From Myxococcales bacterium (GTDB lineage Bacteria > Myxococcota_A > Polyangia > Polyangiales > DASUME01): a stretch of DNA of 64,000 bases. Position 1 is the first letter of the stretch, and the number at the start of each line of letters is the position of its first letter. The translations under genes and the position numbers were made by a program. Under the pieces are notes generated by a model. The model ran no database searches. It had not been told where the DNA came from and worked only from the letters and a program-made list of their open reading frames with translations. The stretch spans positions 2,304,001 to 2,368,000 of the forward strand of contig JASGJH010000001.1 of assembly GCA_047601445.1 (NCBI GenBank). The letters are read 5' to 3'. Positions 35,894 through 47,144 of the stretch are shown here, one piece after another.

Positions 35894-38168
35894 TCAGAGC
35901 AGCAGTTCGGCTACGCAGTTCACGTTGCAGCCGTCGTTGTTCTCGCGGTTGCCGTCGTCGCAGCCCTCCCCGGGCTGCACCATGCCGTCACCACAGCGCG
36001 GCCCCAGCGTGCATCCCGGCGCGCACTCGCCGTAGCCACCGTCGTTGGTGCCGTCGTCGCACTCCTCGTACTTGCTCTGGACCTGGCCGTCGCCGCAGAA
36101 CGCGGGCAGCTTGCAGCCTGGTGCGCAGCCGCTGCCGTACACGCTGCGGTTCAAGCCGTCGTCGCAAGCCTCGCCGTGTTCGCTCTCGGGCTTGCCGTCG
36201 CCGCAGTAGCCACCGCGTGACTTGCAGTCGGAGGCGCAGGTGCCGTGGGGGGCCGGGCTCTCGCTGGCGTTGTCGTCGCCCTGATCGCAGACCTCGTTGC
36301 TCGCCACCTTGCTGTCGCCACAGGTGGAGTGACAGACGGAACTTGGGACGATTGAAGTCCTTCAGGGTCACGCTGAAGTTCGAGCCGCACTCGTTGCGTT
36401 CGGCGTGGAACATCACGATCTCGTAGACGCCGCCCAGGCTGAGGCCGAGGTTGTTGTTGCTGGCGTCCAGCGGTGACTTGTTGTTGTCGGTCATACCCGA
36501 CGCTGGCGTCTTCACCGTGCCGTCGGCACTGTCGGGGCCGTCGCCGTCGGTGTCCGCGTCGAGCTCGAAGGTACCCTTGAGGCTGCCGTGGAGCCCGCCC
36601 AGGTCCACCACCAAGTGGCCGTTGACGAAGACCCACATGTCATCGTCGCCGTCGAACACGAAGCGCTCGCCGCCCTGGTACTCGAACCAGAAGTGCGTTT
36701 CGCTGGTGAACGACACGTTGTGGCCGCACGCGGTGCTCTCGAGATCGACAGCGGCGGCCACCCACCCCTTCTCATCGAGGGGATAGAAGCTGTTCGCACC
36801 ATTGAAGAAGTAGCTCCCGAGCAGCGGACCTTCGGTCTGACGCTCGAGGGGCAGCTCGCCGATCACGGTCTTGGCGCCCTGGTAGTCCGAGTCGTACCAC
36901 TGGTCGAAGTCGGCGAAGCCGGAGAAGTTGTCGCGGTTGTTGGTGCCGTCACGGGTAGCGTTCTTCTTGCCCGTCTGACCGGGGTTGTCGGCGCAGAGCG
37001 CCGTCGTGTCGCGATCACCGCACACATATACGGGCCGTCCGTCAGCGCCGAGGAGGCCCTCTAGCACGCCGCCGGGCACGCTCGAAGTGAGCCCGTTGAA
37101 GTTGATATGGAAGCAGGGGATGAGGTTGGTCGGTCCCACCGGCTCGTCGAAGATGGGGTCGTAGCAGGTGTTGCTCGGGATCTTGCTGTGCCCCTGGCCG
37201 ATGAAATCGCGGAACACGATGGGCAGCTTGAGGTCCTTCTGCGGATCGGGCGGCTGGTCTTCACAGGTGTAGCCGAACTCCACTTCGCAGCGCGCCGAGC
37301 AGCCGTCACCGCTGCGCGTGTTGCCGTCGTCACAGGCCTCGTTGCTGTAGCGCTGCCCGTCGCCGCACACCGGTTCGCACACGCCACCGGTGCAGTGGGG
37401 CTCCTTCTTGCAATCGAAGCAGCCGTCGAAGGGCATGTCGAAGGGCTTGCCGGCGCTGTCCTCGCACTGCTCACCGCGCTCGACCGTGCCGTTGCCGCAC
37501 TCGGTCAGGAAGCAGCCCTGGGCATTGCAATCGTGATCGGCCTCGATGAGGCAGTTGGTGCAACCGGGCACCGACTCCACGAAGTCGCACTCCTCGAAGC
37601 CCGCGACCACTCCGTCGCCGCAGGCAAACGCCTCACAGCGCGCGCCGGCGATGGGGCAGCTCCAGCCGGACTCCACGCTGCAGGCGGCGCTGCAGCCATC
37701 CAGATCCGTGGTGTTTCCGTCGTCGCAGGTCTCGTCGCCGGTCACCTTGCCGTCGCCGCACTCGACGGTCGATTCGCAAGGCGTGCCGGGCTCGAAGCAC
37801 ACGAAGTTGGCCTCGAGCATGCAGTTGGCCGTGCAGCCATCACCCGACTCACCGTTGCCGTCATCGCAGGTCTCGCCAGCCACGTTGAGGAGGCCGTCGC
37901 CGCAGGCTGGCAGCGGCTTGGGAATGCAACCGGCTTCACCCAGGCACATGACGGATCCGTCGCCGAGATCGGCGCCCCCGTCTCCGTCGCCTGGCTCATC
38001 ATCGCCGTCGCCAGGATCGCCGCCGTTCCCGGCATCGCCCTCGTCGTCCTCGTCCCCGGGACGTCCTTCGCCACCGTTCGAACATCCCGCTAGGGCAAGC
38101 ACCGCAAACGCAAGCAACCAACGACTCGCGCCTGCGCGCCGAGTCGAGCGGCCCAACGACCTATCCAT
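35894..38168 (-). pseudogene. Fibro-slime domain lipoprotein with myxobacterial disulfide (DUF4215-type) repeats, interrupted by an apparent +1 frameshift at 36340-36341
   Basis: LAGC lipobox; GD linker; many CGDG...CDDGN...DGCS repeats; HNVSFTSE...GDDDMWVFVNGHLVVDLGGLH. Removing one T gives ...NRPKSVCHSTCGDSKVASNEVCD..., which joins the ORF at 35894-36307. Confidence 0.82.
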
Positions 38169-38309
38169 GAACGCACTGCCTTCCAACGACCTCGCGGGGT
38201 GCGACTGCCAGGCGCCCGCTGATCCCCTTAAGGATAGGGAAACTCGCGTACGCCTGAGAAGGTGGTGTTCATGGGGCGCGATCGGGGTCAGGTAGGCGCG
38301 GCGAGCACC

Positions 38310-39704
38310 TCAGGTTCGGTGGCCGCCCCCACCGGTGGCCGCGGGAGGGCTGCCGGCGTAGCGCTCGAGCTTCCGGTAAAGAGTCTTGCGATCCAGCCCG
38401 AGGACGCGTGCGGCGAGTCGCTTGTTGCCTGCCACCGCCTCCATGACGCGCACGATGTAGCGACGCTCCACTTCTTCGAGCGGAACCAGTTCGGCGGGGT
38501 CCTCGCCTGCCACGATGATGTGGGAGCGGCGATAGTTGCGGACGCGTGCCGGCAGATCCTCGGGGCTCACGTGCTCGTAGCGAGCGAGCGCCACCGCGTG
38601 TTCGATGCAATTCATGAGCTCGCGTACATTGCCGGGCCACGGATAGTCGAGCAGGAGCTCGGCGGCCTTGGGGGCAAAACTCTGCACGTCCTTGCCCGCG
38701 CGCAGCGCGAAGTCGTTGAGGAAGTGTTGCGCCAGCAGCAGCACGTCCGCGCCGCGCGTGCGCAAGGGCGGAAGCTCGATGGGCAACACGTGAATCCGGA
38801 AGAAGAGGTCTTCGCGGAAGCGCCCTTCGTCCACCGCCTGCACCAGGTCTCGGTTGGTGGCGGCCACGATGCGGACGTCGAGCGAGAGCTCGTGATCGCT
38901 ACCCACTGGGCGCACTACGCGCTCCTGCAACACACGCAGGAACTTGGCCTGTGCCGAGAGCGGCAGCTCGCCGATTTCGTCGAGGAACAAGGTGCCCGAC
39001 TGGGCCTGAACCAGGAGCCCAGGACGGCTGCTGCGGGCGTCCGTGAAGGCCCCCTTGGCGTGGCCAAACAGCTCGCTCTCGATGAGCGACTCGGGGACCG
39101 CCGCGCAGTTGACCGCCACGAAGGGCCCCTTGGCACGCCTGCTCAGGCGATGCAGAGCGCGCGCGACCACCTCTTTGCCCGTGCCGCTCTCGCCGGTGAT
39201 CAGCACCGTGGCGTCGGCCTCGGCGACGCGCTCCACGAGGCTCTTCACACCGAGGATCGCGGGGCTCTCACCGAGCAACTCCTCGGGGCTCGAGCGGCGC
39301 TCCACGGCCGAGCGTAGACGGCGTACTTCCTGGCGCAGCTTGCGGTGTTGCACGGCGCGCTCGAGCACCAGCACCACGGCCTCGATGTCGACGGGCTTGG
39401 TGATGAAGTCGTAGGCCCCTGCGCGGATCGCGCCGATCGCGGTCTCCATGCTGCCGAAGGCGGTGAGCATCACGACCGGGATGTCCGGACGCTCCGCGTT
39501 GATGCGTTGGCACAGCTCGAGGCCGTTGAGGCCGGGCATGTTGAGATCGCTGAGCACGGCGTCGAAGTCCGCGCGCGCGAGCTCACTCAACGCCTGTGGC
39601 GGGGCGCTGATGGCGGTGACCTCGAAGCCCGCGTCGCGCAGACCGAGCTCGAGCGCGCGGCAGAGCGCGGCGTCGTCTTCGACGACCAGGATGGAACCTC
39701 TCAC
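38310..39704 (-). CDS. sigma54-dependent response regulator (REC-AAA+-Fis HTH)
   Basis: [47 protein letters not shown] and [12 protein letters not shown]. Confidence 0.96.
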   Translation of the reverse strand: MRGSILVVEDDAALCRALELGLRDAGFEVTAISAPPQALSELARADFDAVLSDLNMPGLNGLELCQRINAERPDIPVVMLTAFGSMETAIGAIRAGAYDFITKPVDIEAVVLVLERAVQHRKLRQEVRRLRSAVERRSSPEELLGESPAILGVKSLVERVAEADATVLITGESGTGKEVVARALHRLSRRAKGPFVAVNCAAVPESLIESELFGHAKGAFTDARSSRPGLLVQAQSGTLFLDEIGELPLSAQAKFLRVLQERVVRPVGSDHELSLDVRIVAATNRDLVQAVDEGRFREDLFFRIHVLPIELPPLRTRGADVLLLAQHFLNDFALRAGKDVQSFAPKAAELLLDYPWPGNVRELMNCIEHAVALARYEHVSPEDLPARVRNYRRSHIIVAGEDPAELVPLEEVERRYIVRVMEAVAGNKRLAARVLGLDRKTLYRKLERYAGSPPAATGGGGHRT

Positions 39705-41134
39705 GTAGCCTCCAATGCAGGTAGACGGACGGTAAATGCGGAGCCATGGCCCGGCTCTGACTCGACCTCGATAAAACCAGCGTGCTCCTCGATGATGCCG
39801 TGGGCCACCGAGAGCCCGAGCCCGGTTCCGTGCCCCACTTCCTTGGTGGTGAAGAACGGCTCGAAGATGCGCGCGCGGACCTCTTCGCTCATGCCCGATC
39901 CGTGGTCGGTCACGCGCATGAAGCAGTAGGCCGCGTCGGCACGCGGGCCCGCGCTGGCGCCCGAACTTTCTTGCGGGCCGGTCTCGATCAGGATGTCGGC
40001 GCCGGTGGACGAGGCGTGGATGGCGTTGACCACCAGATTGGTCAAGACCTGCTGGAGCTGGCCGACATCGGCAGCGACCCGCGCCATGCCGAGCGCGCTG
40101 TGGGTGAGGCGCACGCCGTGGCGCTGTGCCAAACCGGTCAACAGCGAGACCGAGCTCTCGGCCACGTCACCCAGCTCGATCTCGATGGGCTTGGGGGACT
40201 TGCGGCGGGCGAACTCCAGCAGCTGAGAGATGATGGCCGTCATGCGCCGGGTCTGCTGCTCGATGCCACGCGCCGTCTCCTCTGCCTCGCGCCCCTGGAC
40301 TTTGCCGACGGCGATGCGCTTGGCTTCGAGGCTGACCACATTGAGCGGCGTGCCGAGCTCGTGGGCGACGCCCGCCGCCAGCCTGCCTACCGTGGTGAGC
40401 CGCTCCGCGTGGCGTAGCTGCTCCAGGGCCAGGCGACGCGCGTTCTGAGCAGCGTCCAGGCGTTCACACATCGCGTTCATCTCCGTGGCCAGATCACCGA
40501 GCTCGTCGCGTTGCTTGAACGTCAGCGGCCCAGACAGGTCGCCCGCGCCCACGCGGCGGGCCTTTTCCATGATCAATGCAATCGGCTTGCCAACGAAGGC
40601 CACGCCCAGCCAGCTGGTCAGCATGGCGGCCAGGGAAGCGATCAGCGCGGTGGAGAGCAACGTGCGCAGGATGGTGGCGCGCATCTGCTCGGACTCGAAG
40701 GCCAGCGACTCGCGCAGCTCGATGGCCCCCATGCGGCCGTCGTGCAGTGGAATGGGCACGTATGTGATGAGCCAATCTTGCCCGTCGATGTCGGCGATGC
40801 GCTCCGCGGGCGCTCCATGGGCGAGCTCCCGGGCCTGCGGCTTGGTGAGCACCGGAGCCACGTCGCCGGTACCGTAGGGCCAGACCCAACCCAGGGTGAT
40901 CGCACTCTCGCGCTGGTTGGTCGCCTGGACCAGGGCCAACGCTCGGAGCGGACCGTCGTCGCGCCAGACGTCCGGCACAATCGCGCGCAGCGCGCGACCG
41001 AGGGTGCGGTGGTCGCGCCGGATGTCTTCTCTCAGCACACGACCGTCGCGGTCGATGCGCTCGAGGGCGTGCATCGCGAGCACCGCGATCATGACGCTCA
41101 AAATCGCCAAGGTAAGCTTGCGGGCAAGCTTCAT
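39701..41134 (-). CDS. HAMP-domain sensor histidine kinase
   Basis: Two TM segments; HAMP; H-box AHELGTPL; N-box NLVVNA; DHGSG; FEPFFTTK; GTGLGL; overlaps the regulator start. Confidence 0.95.
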   Translation of the reverse strand: MKLARKLTLAILSVMIAVLAMHALERIDRDGRVLREDIRRDHRTLGRALRAIVPDVWRDDGPLRALALVQATNQRESAITLGWVWPYGTGDVAPVLTKPQARELAHGAPAERIADIDGQDWLITYVPIPLHDGRMGAIELRESLAFESEQMRATILRTLLSTALIASLAAMLTSWLGVAFVGKPIALIMEKARRVGAGDLSGPLTFKQRDELGDLATEMNAMCERLDAAQNARRLALEQLRHAERLTTVGRLAAGVAHELGTPLNVVSLEAKRIAVGKVQGREAEETARGIEQQTRRMTAIISQLLEFARRKSPKPIEIELGDVAESSVSLLTGLAQRHGVRLTHSALGMARVAADVGQLQQVLTNLVVNAIHASSTGADILIETGPQESSGASAGPRADAAYCFMRVTDHGSGMSEEVRARIFEPFFTTKEVGHGTGLGLSVAHGIIEEHAGFIEVESEPGHGSAFTVRLPALEAT

Positions 41135-41429
41135 GTCTCCTCACGAACTCGGTAGCGGGAGTCGGCCCCTGGACTTGAGAAGATCTTCCCAACCCCCCGC
41201 CGACCTCTAGCGAGTAGCGCAAAATCGAGGCTCACTCCAAGCATTCCTGAGGACCTCTCGCGAGCTCGTCGAGGCGGCGCTCGCAAACGCACACTTCGTC
41301 CGAGTGTCCCGAATTTCCCTGGCCCCTTTTCGCCCCATGTAGCTGCGAATCGGGTGGTTCTTCCCCAACTACCTTCGGGCTGCCTGGGTTTAATGCCGCC
41401 TGAATGACGGTCGCGTTACGAGCGCGAGC

Positions 41430-41445
41430 TGGCATGTTGGCTGCA
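41430..41445 (+). promoter_or_regulatory. sigma54 -24/-12 promoter for the czcCBA-like operon
   Basis: TGGCATG-TTGG-CTGCA (GG-N10-GC), 56 nt before the ATG at 41502, next to a sigma54 activator gene pair. Confidence 0.62.
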
Positions 41446-41501
41446 ATGGCGCCCCACGAGGCTCATCCGCTGCGCATCGCGGGAGCTTCGAAGCGCCATC
41501 G

Positions 41502-42836
41502 ATGATCAAGACCCCATGCTTCTCGTTCCTGACGCTGCTGTGTGTCGGGGCCATGCTCGAACTCACCCTGCCGACCAAGCAAGCCCATGCGGAGGCAGCT
41601 GCCGATTCAGCCACCCGCGCCACCTTCCGGGCCGAGTCGGCGAGCTCCCTGGCGGATCTCGAGGCCGCGCTCGCCGAGCGGGCACCCGAGGTGACCGCCG
41701 CGCGTCGCGACGCGGCGCTCTCGGACGCCGAGGTTCGTCAGAGCCACCTCTACAACAACCCACAGTTGGACACGAGCTGGGGCACGCTCCCGGTGGGAGC
41801 CAGCAATCCGGCCGGACTCGCGCATCCGTACGCCAACGTGCCGAACTATGGCATCGGGTTCACACAAACCATCCCGATCGGCAAACGAGGTCCACGTCAG
41901 CGCCAGGCCAAGGCGCTGTCCGTGGCGGCCCACGCCAACGTCGAGGTCACCACCCGCAGCCTGGCCTTCGATCTCGCCGACATCCTGGGCGAGCTGGCCA
42001 CGTCGACCCTACGACGTGAGGGGTTTGCCGAGCTCGAAGCGAGCGCGGAGCGCTCTCTGACCCTGGCCAAGAGCCGCCTGGCCACCCAGTTCGGCACCGG
42101 CCTGGACGTCGATCGCTCGAGCATCGACGCGCAGCGCGTGAAGCAGCAGCGCCTGGGCAGCGAGTCGGCCATTCGCGAGCAGCTGGCTGCCTGCAGCAGC
42201 CTGGTGATGCGACCTTGCGAAGGCTTTGCGGATAGCTCCGAGGCGCTCAGCTACTTGCACACCTGGCTGGAGCAGACCCAACAGTCCCAGGCTCCGCTGA
42301 AACAGCGCCCGGACCTGCGCGTGCTCGAGGCCGAGGCCCACGCCGCATCCGCCGCGCTCGACCTCGCCAAGGCAGAGCGCATCCCCGATCCCACCGTGCG
42401 ACTCGGATATCTGCACGACCGCTTCGTGGTCTCGGGCAATCAGCGCAACTCCGTGAACGCAGCCATCAGCCTGCCGTTGCCTCTGTTCGACCACGGTCAG
42501 GCCAAGCGTGCCGCCGCCGAAGCGGCGCGACGCTCGCTCGAACAGGAACGCCAACAACTCCTCCAGCGAGCGCAGCGCCAGGCGCCGCTCCTGGCGGAGC
42601 GTAGCGAGCTCGCGCGCGAGCTCTGCCAGCGCCTCGAGCGCGAAATTTTGCCGCAAGCCCGTGGGGTGCTCGACAACCTCGAGCACGCCGAAGCTTCCCG
42701 CCTCGTCTCCATGACCGAGGTGATCCAGGCCCGCCGCACCGTGAGCGAGCTGTTGTTGGAGGAAGCGGACAGCTGCGGTGATGCCTACCAAGCCACGCTC
42801 GCGCTGTTGCGCGAGGCCCCGAGGAGCGAGCCATGA
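41502..42836 (+). CDS. TolC/CzcC-family outer-membrane factor
   Basis: NPQL, QTIPIGKRG, RPDL, RIPDPTV and SLPLPLFDHGQ motifs. Confidence 0.88.
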   Translation: MIKTPCFSFLTLLCVGAMLELTLPTKQAHAEAAADSATRATFRAESASSLADLEAALAERAPEVTAARRDAALSDAEVRQSHLYNNPQLDTSWGTLPVGASNPAGLAHPYANVPNYGIGFTQTIPIGKRGPRQRQAKALSVAAHANVEVTTRSLAFDLADILGELATSTLRREGFAELEASAERSLTLAKSRLATQFGTGLDVDRSSIDAQRVKQQRLGSESAIREQLAACSSLVMRPCEGFADSSEALSYLHTWLEQTQQSQAPLKQRPDLRVLEAEAHAASAALDLAKAERIPDPTVRLGYLHDRFVVSGNQRNSVNAAISLPLPLFDHGQAKRAAAEAARRSLEQERQQLLQRAQRQAPLLAERSELARELCQRLEREILPQARGVLDNLEHAEASRLVSMTEVIQARRTVSELLLEEADSCGDAYQATLALLREAPRSEP

Positions 42837-43945
42837 GAAACGTGATTGTCGGTTGCGCCGTGGCGCTCCACCTGACGGCCTGCACGCAGGCGGCCAAGCC
42901 TCAAGAACAAGCGCCGGCGTTCGCCGTGGGACCCGACCGGGTGACGCTCCACCACGCCACCCCGCTGTCGTTCGACGTGAGCCAAGTGAAGCTCGGCAAC
43001 AGCCTCCCGCGTCCGCCCGTGACCGCGCGCATCACCACGGTGGAGGCCCTCACCTCCCCCAGCTACGCACCCCTCAACGGGCGCGTCGTGGAGTCCCGCG
43101 TGCACCTCGGAGACCGCGTGCGGAAGGGCGAGAAGCTGGTGCTCGTGCGCACGCCCGAGCTCCCCACCTTGAACCGTGAGCGACTCAGCGCGGGCCTGGA
43201 GGTAGATGCCAAGAAAGCTCACGTGGCGCGCCTGCGCGCGCTGGTAGAGGCCCGAGCAGGCTCCGTGAACGACCTGATCTTGGCCGAGCATGAGCTCGAA
43301 GAGGCCAAGGTCTCGTTGGTCGCCGCGGGCTCACGTTTGTCGAGCCTCGAAGTGGATCGGGTGGACGACACGTCCTACTGGGTCTTGGCGCGACGCGACG
43401 GTACGGTGGTGGAGCTGAATGCCGCCCCCGGGCTCGAGGTGGGGCCGAGCCGAGGCTTGCCGGTGCTGGTGGTGGCCGACCTCGCCGAGGTACTCGCGGT
43501 GGGCGACGTGCCCCAGCGCGTGGCCGCCGACTTGGCCCCGGGCATGGCGGCCACCATTTTGGCGGGACACGCCGAGGTCACGGAGGCGCGCGTCGAGAGC
43601 GTCGCCGAAATCGTGGATCCCGAGCGACAAACGGTCCCGGTTCGTGTGCGCGCAGACAATCGCCTGCACAAGCTGCGCCCCAACGCCTACGTGGAGCTGA
43701 CCTTCGCGCAGAGCCGCGCCCAGCGCACCCTGCTGGTGCCGGCGGCCAGCGTCGTGCGCGACGGCTCGACGGCCGTCGTTTTCGTGGAAGACAAGCCTGG
43801 CTCCTTCGTGCGCCGCGCGGTGCACCTCGGGCAAGAAGGCCCTGCGTGGGTCGAGGTCTTGTCGGGCCTCACCGATGGTGAGCGCGTGGTGTCGTCGGGC
43901 GCGCTCTTGCTGTTGAACGCTCTCGATACCCGGGGCGAGTCATGA
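42833..43945 (+). CDS. CzcB-type RND periplasmic adaptor
   Basis: Lipobox LTAC; APLNGRV, VDPERQTVPVRV and LRPNAY; ATGA overlaps on both sides. Confidence 0.9.
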   Translation: MRNVIVGCAVALHLTACTQAAKPQEQAPAFAVGPDRVTLHHATPLSFDVSQVKLGNSLPRPPVTARITTVEALTSPSYAPLNGRVVESRVHLGDRVRKGEKLVLVRTPELPTLNRERLSAGLEVDAKKAHVARLRALVEARAGSVNDLILAEHELEEAKVSLVAAGSRLSSLEVDRVDDTSYWVLARRDGTVVELNAAPGLEVGPSRGLPVLVVADLAEVLAVGDVPQRVAADLAPGMAATILAGHAEVTEARVESVAEIVDPERQTVPVRVRADNRLHKLRPNAYVELTFAQSRAQRTLLVPAASVVRDGSTAVVFVEDKPGSFVRRAVHLGQEGPAWVEVLSGLTDGERVVSSGALLLLNALDTRGES

Positions 43946-46900
43946 TCGAGGCGCTCGTTTCGTGGTCGGTACGGCACCGCCTGGCGGTGCTCTTGATGTC
44001 CTGCATCACCTTGGTCGCGGGCTACTTCGCCTTTCGCGAGGTGAGCATCGAAGCCTTCCCGGACCCCACCGACACCCAGGTCAACCTCATCACGGCCCTG
44101 CCTGGACAGCCGGCCGAGGAGCTCGAGCGTCAGGTCTCCATCCCGCTCGAGCGCGTGGTGAACGGCATGCCTGGTCTGTGCCGTGTGCGCGCCGTGAACC
44201 TGTTCGGTCTGTCGTTCATGACGCTCACCTTCCGCGACGGTGTGGACGTGCAGTACGCGCGTGCCCAAACCCTCGAGCGCATCCGCCTAGCGCGTCTTCC
44301 GGAGGGCGTCACGCCTCAAATGGGCTCGCTCTCCACCCCCATCGGCGAGATCTACCGCTATACCCTCGAGTCTCCCCGCAGCGATCCGCTCGAGCTGCGC
44401 ACTCTGCAGGACTGGGTGGTGCGACCACGCCTGTTGCGCGTGGAGGGCGTGGCCGATGTCATCAGCTACGGCGGCTTGCAGCGCGAGATCCACGTCAACC
44501 CCGACCCGGTGCTGCTGGCCGCGCGCGGACTCGGCATCGAAGACATCGCGCGGGCCATCGAGCAAGGCTCGCTCAACGCCGCCGGCGGCGTGGTCGAACA
44601 GGGCGTCGAACAGCTGGTGGTGCGCAGTCAGGGTCTATTCACGAGCCTCGACGACATCCGCCACACGGCGGTCGCCACGCGCGGCGGCACCCCGGTGCTG
44701 CTCGACGATGTGGCCTCGGTGCGCGAAGGCTGGTCCCCGCGCCAGGGCGTGGTCGGTCGCGGCACCGACCAAGACTCCGTGGAAGGCATCGTCTTGATGC
44801 GACGGGGCGAGAACGCCAGCGTGGTCTTGCAAGCGCTCAAGGCCCGCGTCGTGGAGCTCAACAAGCAGGTGCTGCCCAAGGGCACCCGGATCTCCACCTT
44901 CTACGACCGCACCGAGCTGGTGGACGCCACGCTGCACACCGTGGGGCACAACTTGATGGAGGGCGCCACCCTGGTGGTCCTGGTCTTGTTCGTGTTCCTG
45001 CTGGACCTTCGCGCCGCCTTGATCGTGGCGGCGGTGATCCCGCTCTCGCTGGCGACCGCCTTCGCCTACCTGCACGCACGCGGCATGTCCGCCAACCTCA
45101 TCTCGATGGGTGCGGTGGACTTCGGCATCATCGTCGATGGTGCGGTGGTGATCATCGAGACCATCGTGCACCGCCTGTCTTCGCACCCGCCGCGCGAAGC
45201 CACTGCCAGCCCCCTGGAGCGCATCGAACAGGCCGTGCGGGACGTCTCGCGGCCCACGGTGTTCTCGCTGCTGATCATCATCGCGGCGTACCTGCCCATC
45301 TTCCTGCTGCAGCGCGTGGAGGGCCGCATCTTCGCACCGCTCGCCCACACGGTAGTGGCGGCCCTGCTGGGCAGCCTGGCCTTCTCCGTGACGCTCGTGC
45401 CGGTGCTCGCCACCTTCGCCTATCGCAAGCCGCAAAAGCACCGCGAATCGCCCGTGCTCCGCCTGTGCGAGCGCGCCTACGTCCCACTTCTACGCGGCGC
45501 ACTCAAGCGCCCCGCCCTGGTGCTCACGCTCGCCATCGCCGCCCTCGCGGGCTCGGCGCAGCTGCTGCGGCAGGGCGGCAGCGAGTTCCTGCCCGAGCTG
45601 AACGAAGGCTCGCTGTACTTGACCTTTACGCTGCCCTCCAACGTCTCACTCACCGAAGGCCGCAAGCTCGCGCCCAAGCTCGGCAAGATGCTCGAGCCCT
45701 TCCCCGAGGTGGAGTCCTACCTGAGCCAGCTCGGCCGGCCCGAAGACGGCACCGACCCCAAGCTCGCCAACAACCTGGAGCTCTTCATCAAGCTGAAGCC
45801 CCAATCCGAGTGGCCTGCCAGCACGCCCAACCTGGGTGCCCTGATCGACAAGCTGAGCCGTACCTATCAGCAGGTACCCGGACTCGACGTCAACTTCTCG
45901 CAGCCCATCCGCGACAATGTCAACGAGAACATCTCGGGCCAGGTGGGTCAGGTCGCGCTCAAGATCTTCGCCGACGACCTCGCCACGCTGCAGGCCACGG
46001 CCGAGGCCAGCAAGAAGGCCCTCGCGAAGGTGCCGGGCATCGCGGATCTCGGCATCGTCAAGAGCGGCGAGATCCCGCAGCTGCGGGTGCTGCCGCGACG
46101 CGAATCGTTGGGACGCTTCGGGATCAGCATGGAGGGCTTCCAGAGCTATCTGTCGAGCGCGCTGGGTGGCAAGGTCGTCGAGGAGCTGTGGGAAGGTGAC
46201 CGCTCCTTCGACATCGTGCTGCGCCTGCCGGAGAGCTCGCGCGACAGCGCGGAGACCATCGCGAACCTGCGCGTGCCGACCCACAAGGGCGCCCTGGTGC
46301 CGCTGGAGGAGCTGGCGGACGTGAGCGTGACCTTCGGGCGCGCCGCCATCAATCGCGAGAACGCCCAGCGCTACGTGGGCATCCGCATGAACGTCCGAGG
46401 TCGCGACCTGGGATCCTTCGTGAACGATGCACGCGCTGTCATCGCGCAGAGCGTGCCGCACCAGGACGGCGTGACCATGGAGTGGGGAGGCGAGTTCGAG
46501 TCGAAGGAGCGCGCCATGAACCGGCTCTTGCTGGTGGTGCCAGCCGCGCTCGTGCTCACGCTGGGGCTGCTGTTCCACGTGTTTCGCTCGCTTCCGCTGG
46601 CGCTGCTCGTGCTGTTCAACGTACCCTTCGCGCTGGTCGGTGGAGCGCTCGGTCTGTGGTGGACCGCGATGCCCATGTCGATCGCAGCGGCCGTGGGCTT
46701 CATCGCCCTGGTGGGCCAGGCATCTCTCAACGGCGTGTTGGTGTTGACCGCCATCGAAGAGCACCGCAAACAGGGTGTGCCGATCGACGAAGCCGTGCTT
46801 GCAGGGAGCCGAGAACGCCTGCGGGCCGTGCTGATGACCGCCGCGCTGGCCGCGCTGGGCCTGATTCCGGCAGCCATCTCCCACGCGATGGGAGCCGAAA

Positions 46901-47070
46901 CGCAGCGTCCCATCGCGGTGGTGATCGTGGGCGGGACCGTGTCGGCAGCGATCCTCACACTGGTGGTGCTACCCGTGCTGTATCGCATGCTGTTCGGTTG
47001 GCAGCGGCGGACCCTCGTCGAACCGAAGCGCGAAGCGGGCCAAGAGCTGTCGCACGCGGATCCGCTCTGA
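43942..47070 (+). CDS. CzcA/CusA-family heavy-metal RND efflux transporter
   Basis: IEAFPD, LRTLQDW, SANLISMGAVDFGIIVDGAVV (HME TM4), EFLPELNEG, GRPEDGTD and GAETQRPIA. Confidence 0.93.
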   Translation: MIEALVSWSVRHRLAVLLMSCITLVAGYFAFREVSIEAFPDPTDTQVNLITALPGQPAEELERQVSIPLERVVNGMPGLCRVRAVNLFGLSFMTLTFRDGVDVQYARAQTLERIRLARLPEGVTPQMGSLSTPIGEIYRYTLESPRSDPLELRTLQDWVVRPRLLRVEGVADVISYGGLQREIHVNPDPVLLAARGLGIEDIARAIEQGSLNAAGGVVEQGVEQLVVRSQGLFTSLDDIRHTAVATRGGTPVLLDDVASVREGWSPRQGVVGRGTDQDSVEGIVLMRRGENASVVLQALKARVVELNKQVLPKGTRISTFYDRTELVDATLHTVGHNLMEGATLVVLVLFVFLLDLRAALIVAAVIPLSLATAFAYLHARGMSANLISMGAVDFGIIVDGAVVIIETIVHRLSSHPPREATASPLERIEQAVRDVSRPTVFSLLIIIAAYLPIFLLQRVEGRIFAPLAHTVVAALLGSLAFSVTLVPVLATFAYRKPQKHRESPVLRLCERAYVPLLRGALKRPALVLTLAIAALAGSAQLLRQGGSEFLPELNEGSLYLTFTLPSNVSLTEGRKLAPKLGKMLEPFPEVESYLSQLGRPEDGTDPKLANNLELFIKLKPQSEWPASTPNLGALIDKLSRTYQQVPGLDVNFSQPIRDNVNENISGQVGQVALKIFADDLATLQATAEASKKALAKVPGIADLGIVKSGEIPQLRVLPRRESLGRFGISMEGFQSYLSSALGGKVVEELWEGDRSFDIVLRLPESSRDSAETIANLRVPTHKGALVPLEELADVSVTFGRAAINRENAQRYVGIRMNVRGRDLGSFVNDARAVIAQSVPHQDGVTMEWGGEFESKERAMNRLLLVVPAALVLTLGLLFHVFRSLPLALLVLFNVPFALVGGALGLWWTAMPMSIAAAVGFIALVGQASLNGVLVLTAIEEHRKQGVPIDEAVLAGSRERLRAVLMTAALAALGLIPAAISHAMGAETQRPIAVVIVGGTVSAAILTLVVLPVLYRMLFGWQRRTLVEPKREAGQELSHADPL

Positions 47071-47144
47071 TCTCCGCTCCGGGTCGCCCACGGGCAAGCC
47101 GCGGCGCGCGTACCAGCTCGCCATTCCAGGTCGCTAGCGGCCAC

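Noticed and set aside
35894..38050. Recurrent sequence units as a CRISPR-like or mobile repeat
   Set aside because: They are degenerate coding Cys repeats with no fixed repeat-spacer period and no cas genes.
43962..46199. 745-aa Arg/Pro/Gly-rich alternative-frame ORF
   Set aside because: Off-frame reading of the czcA-like gene, with composition typical of GC3-biased shadows.
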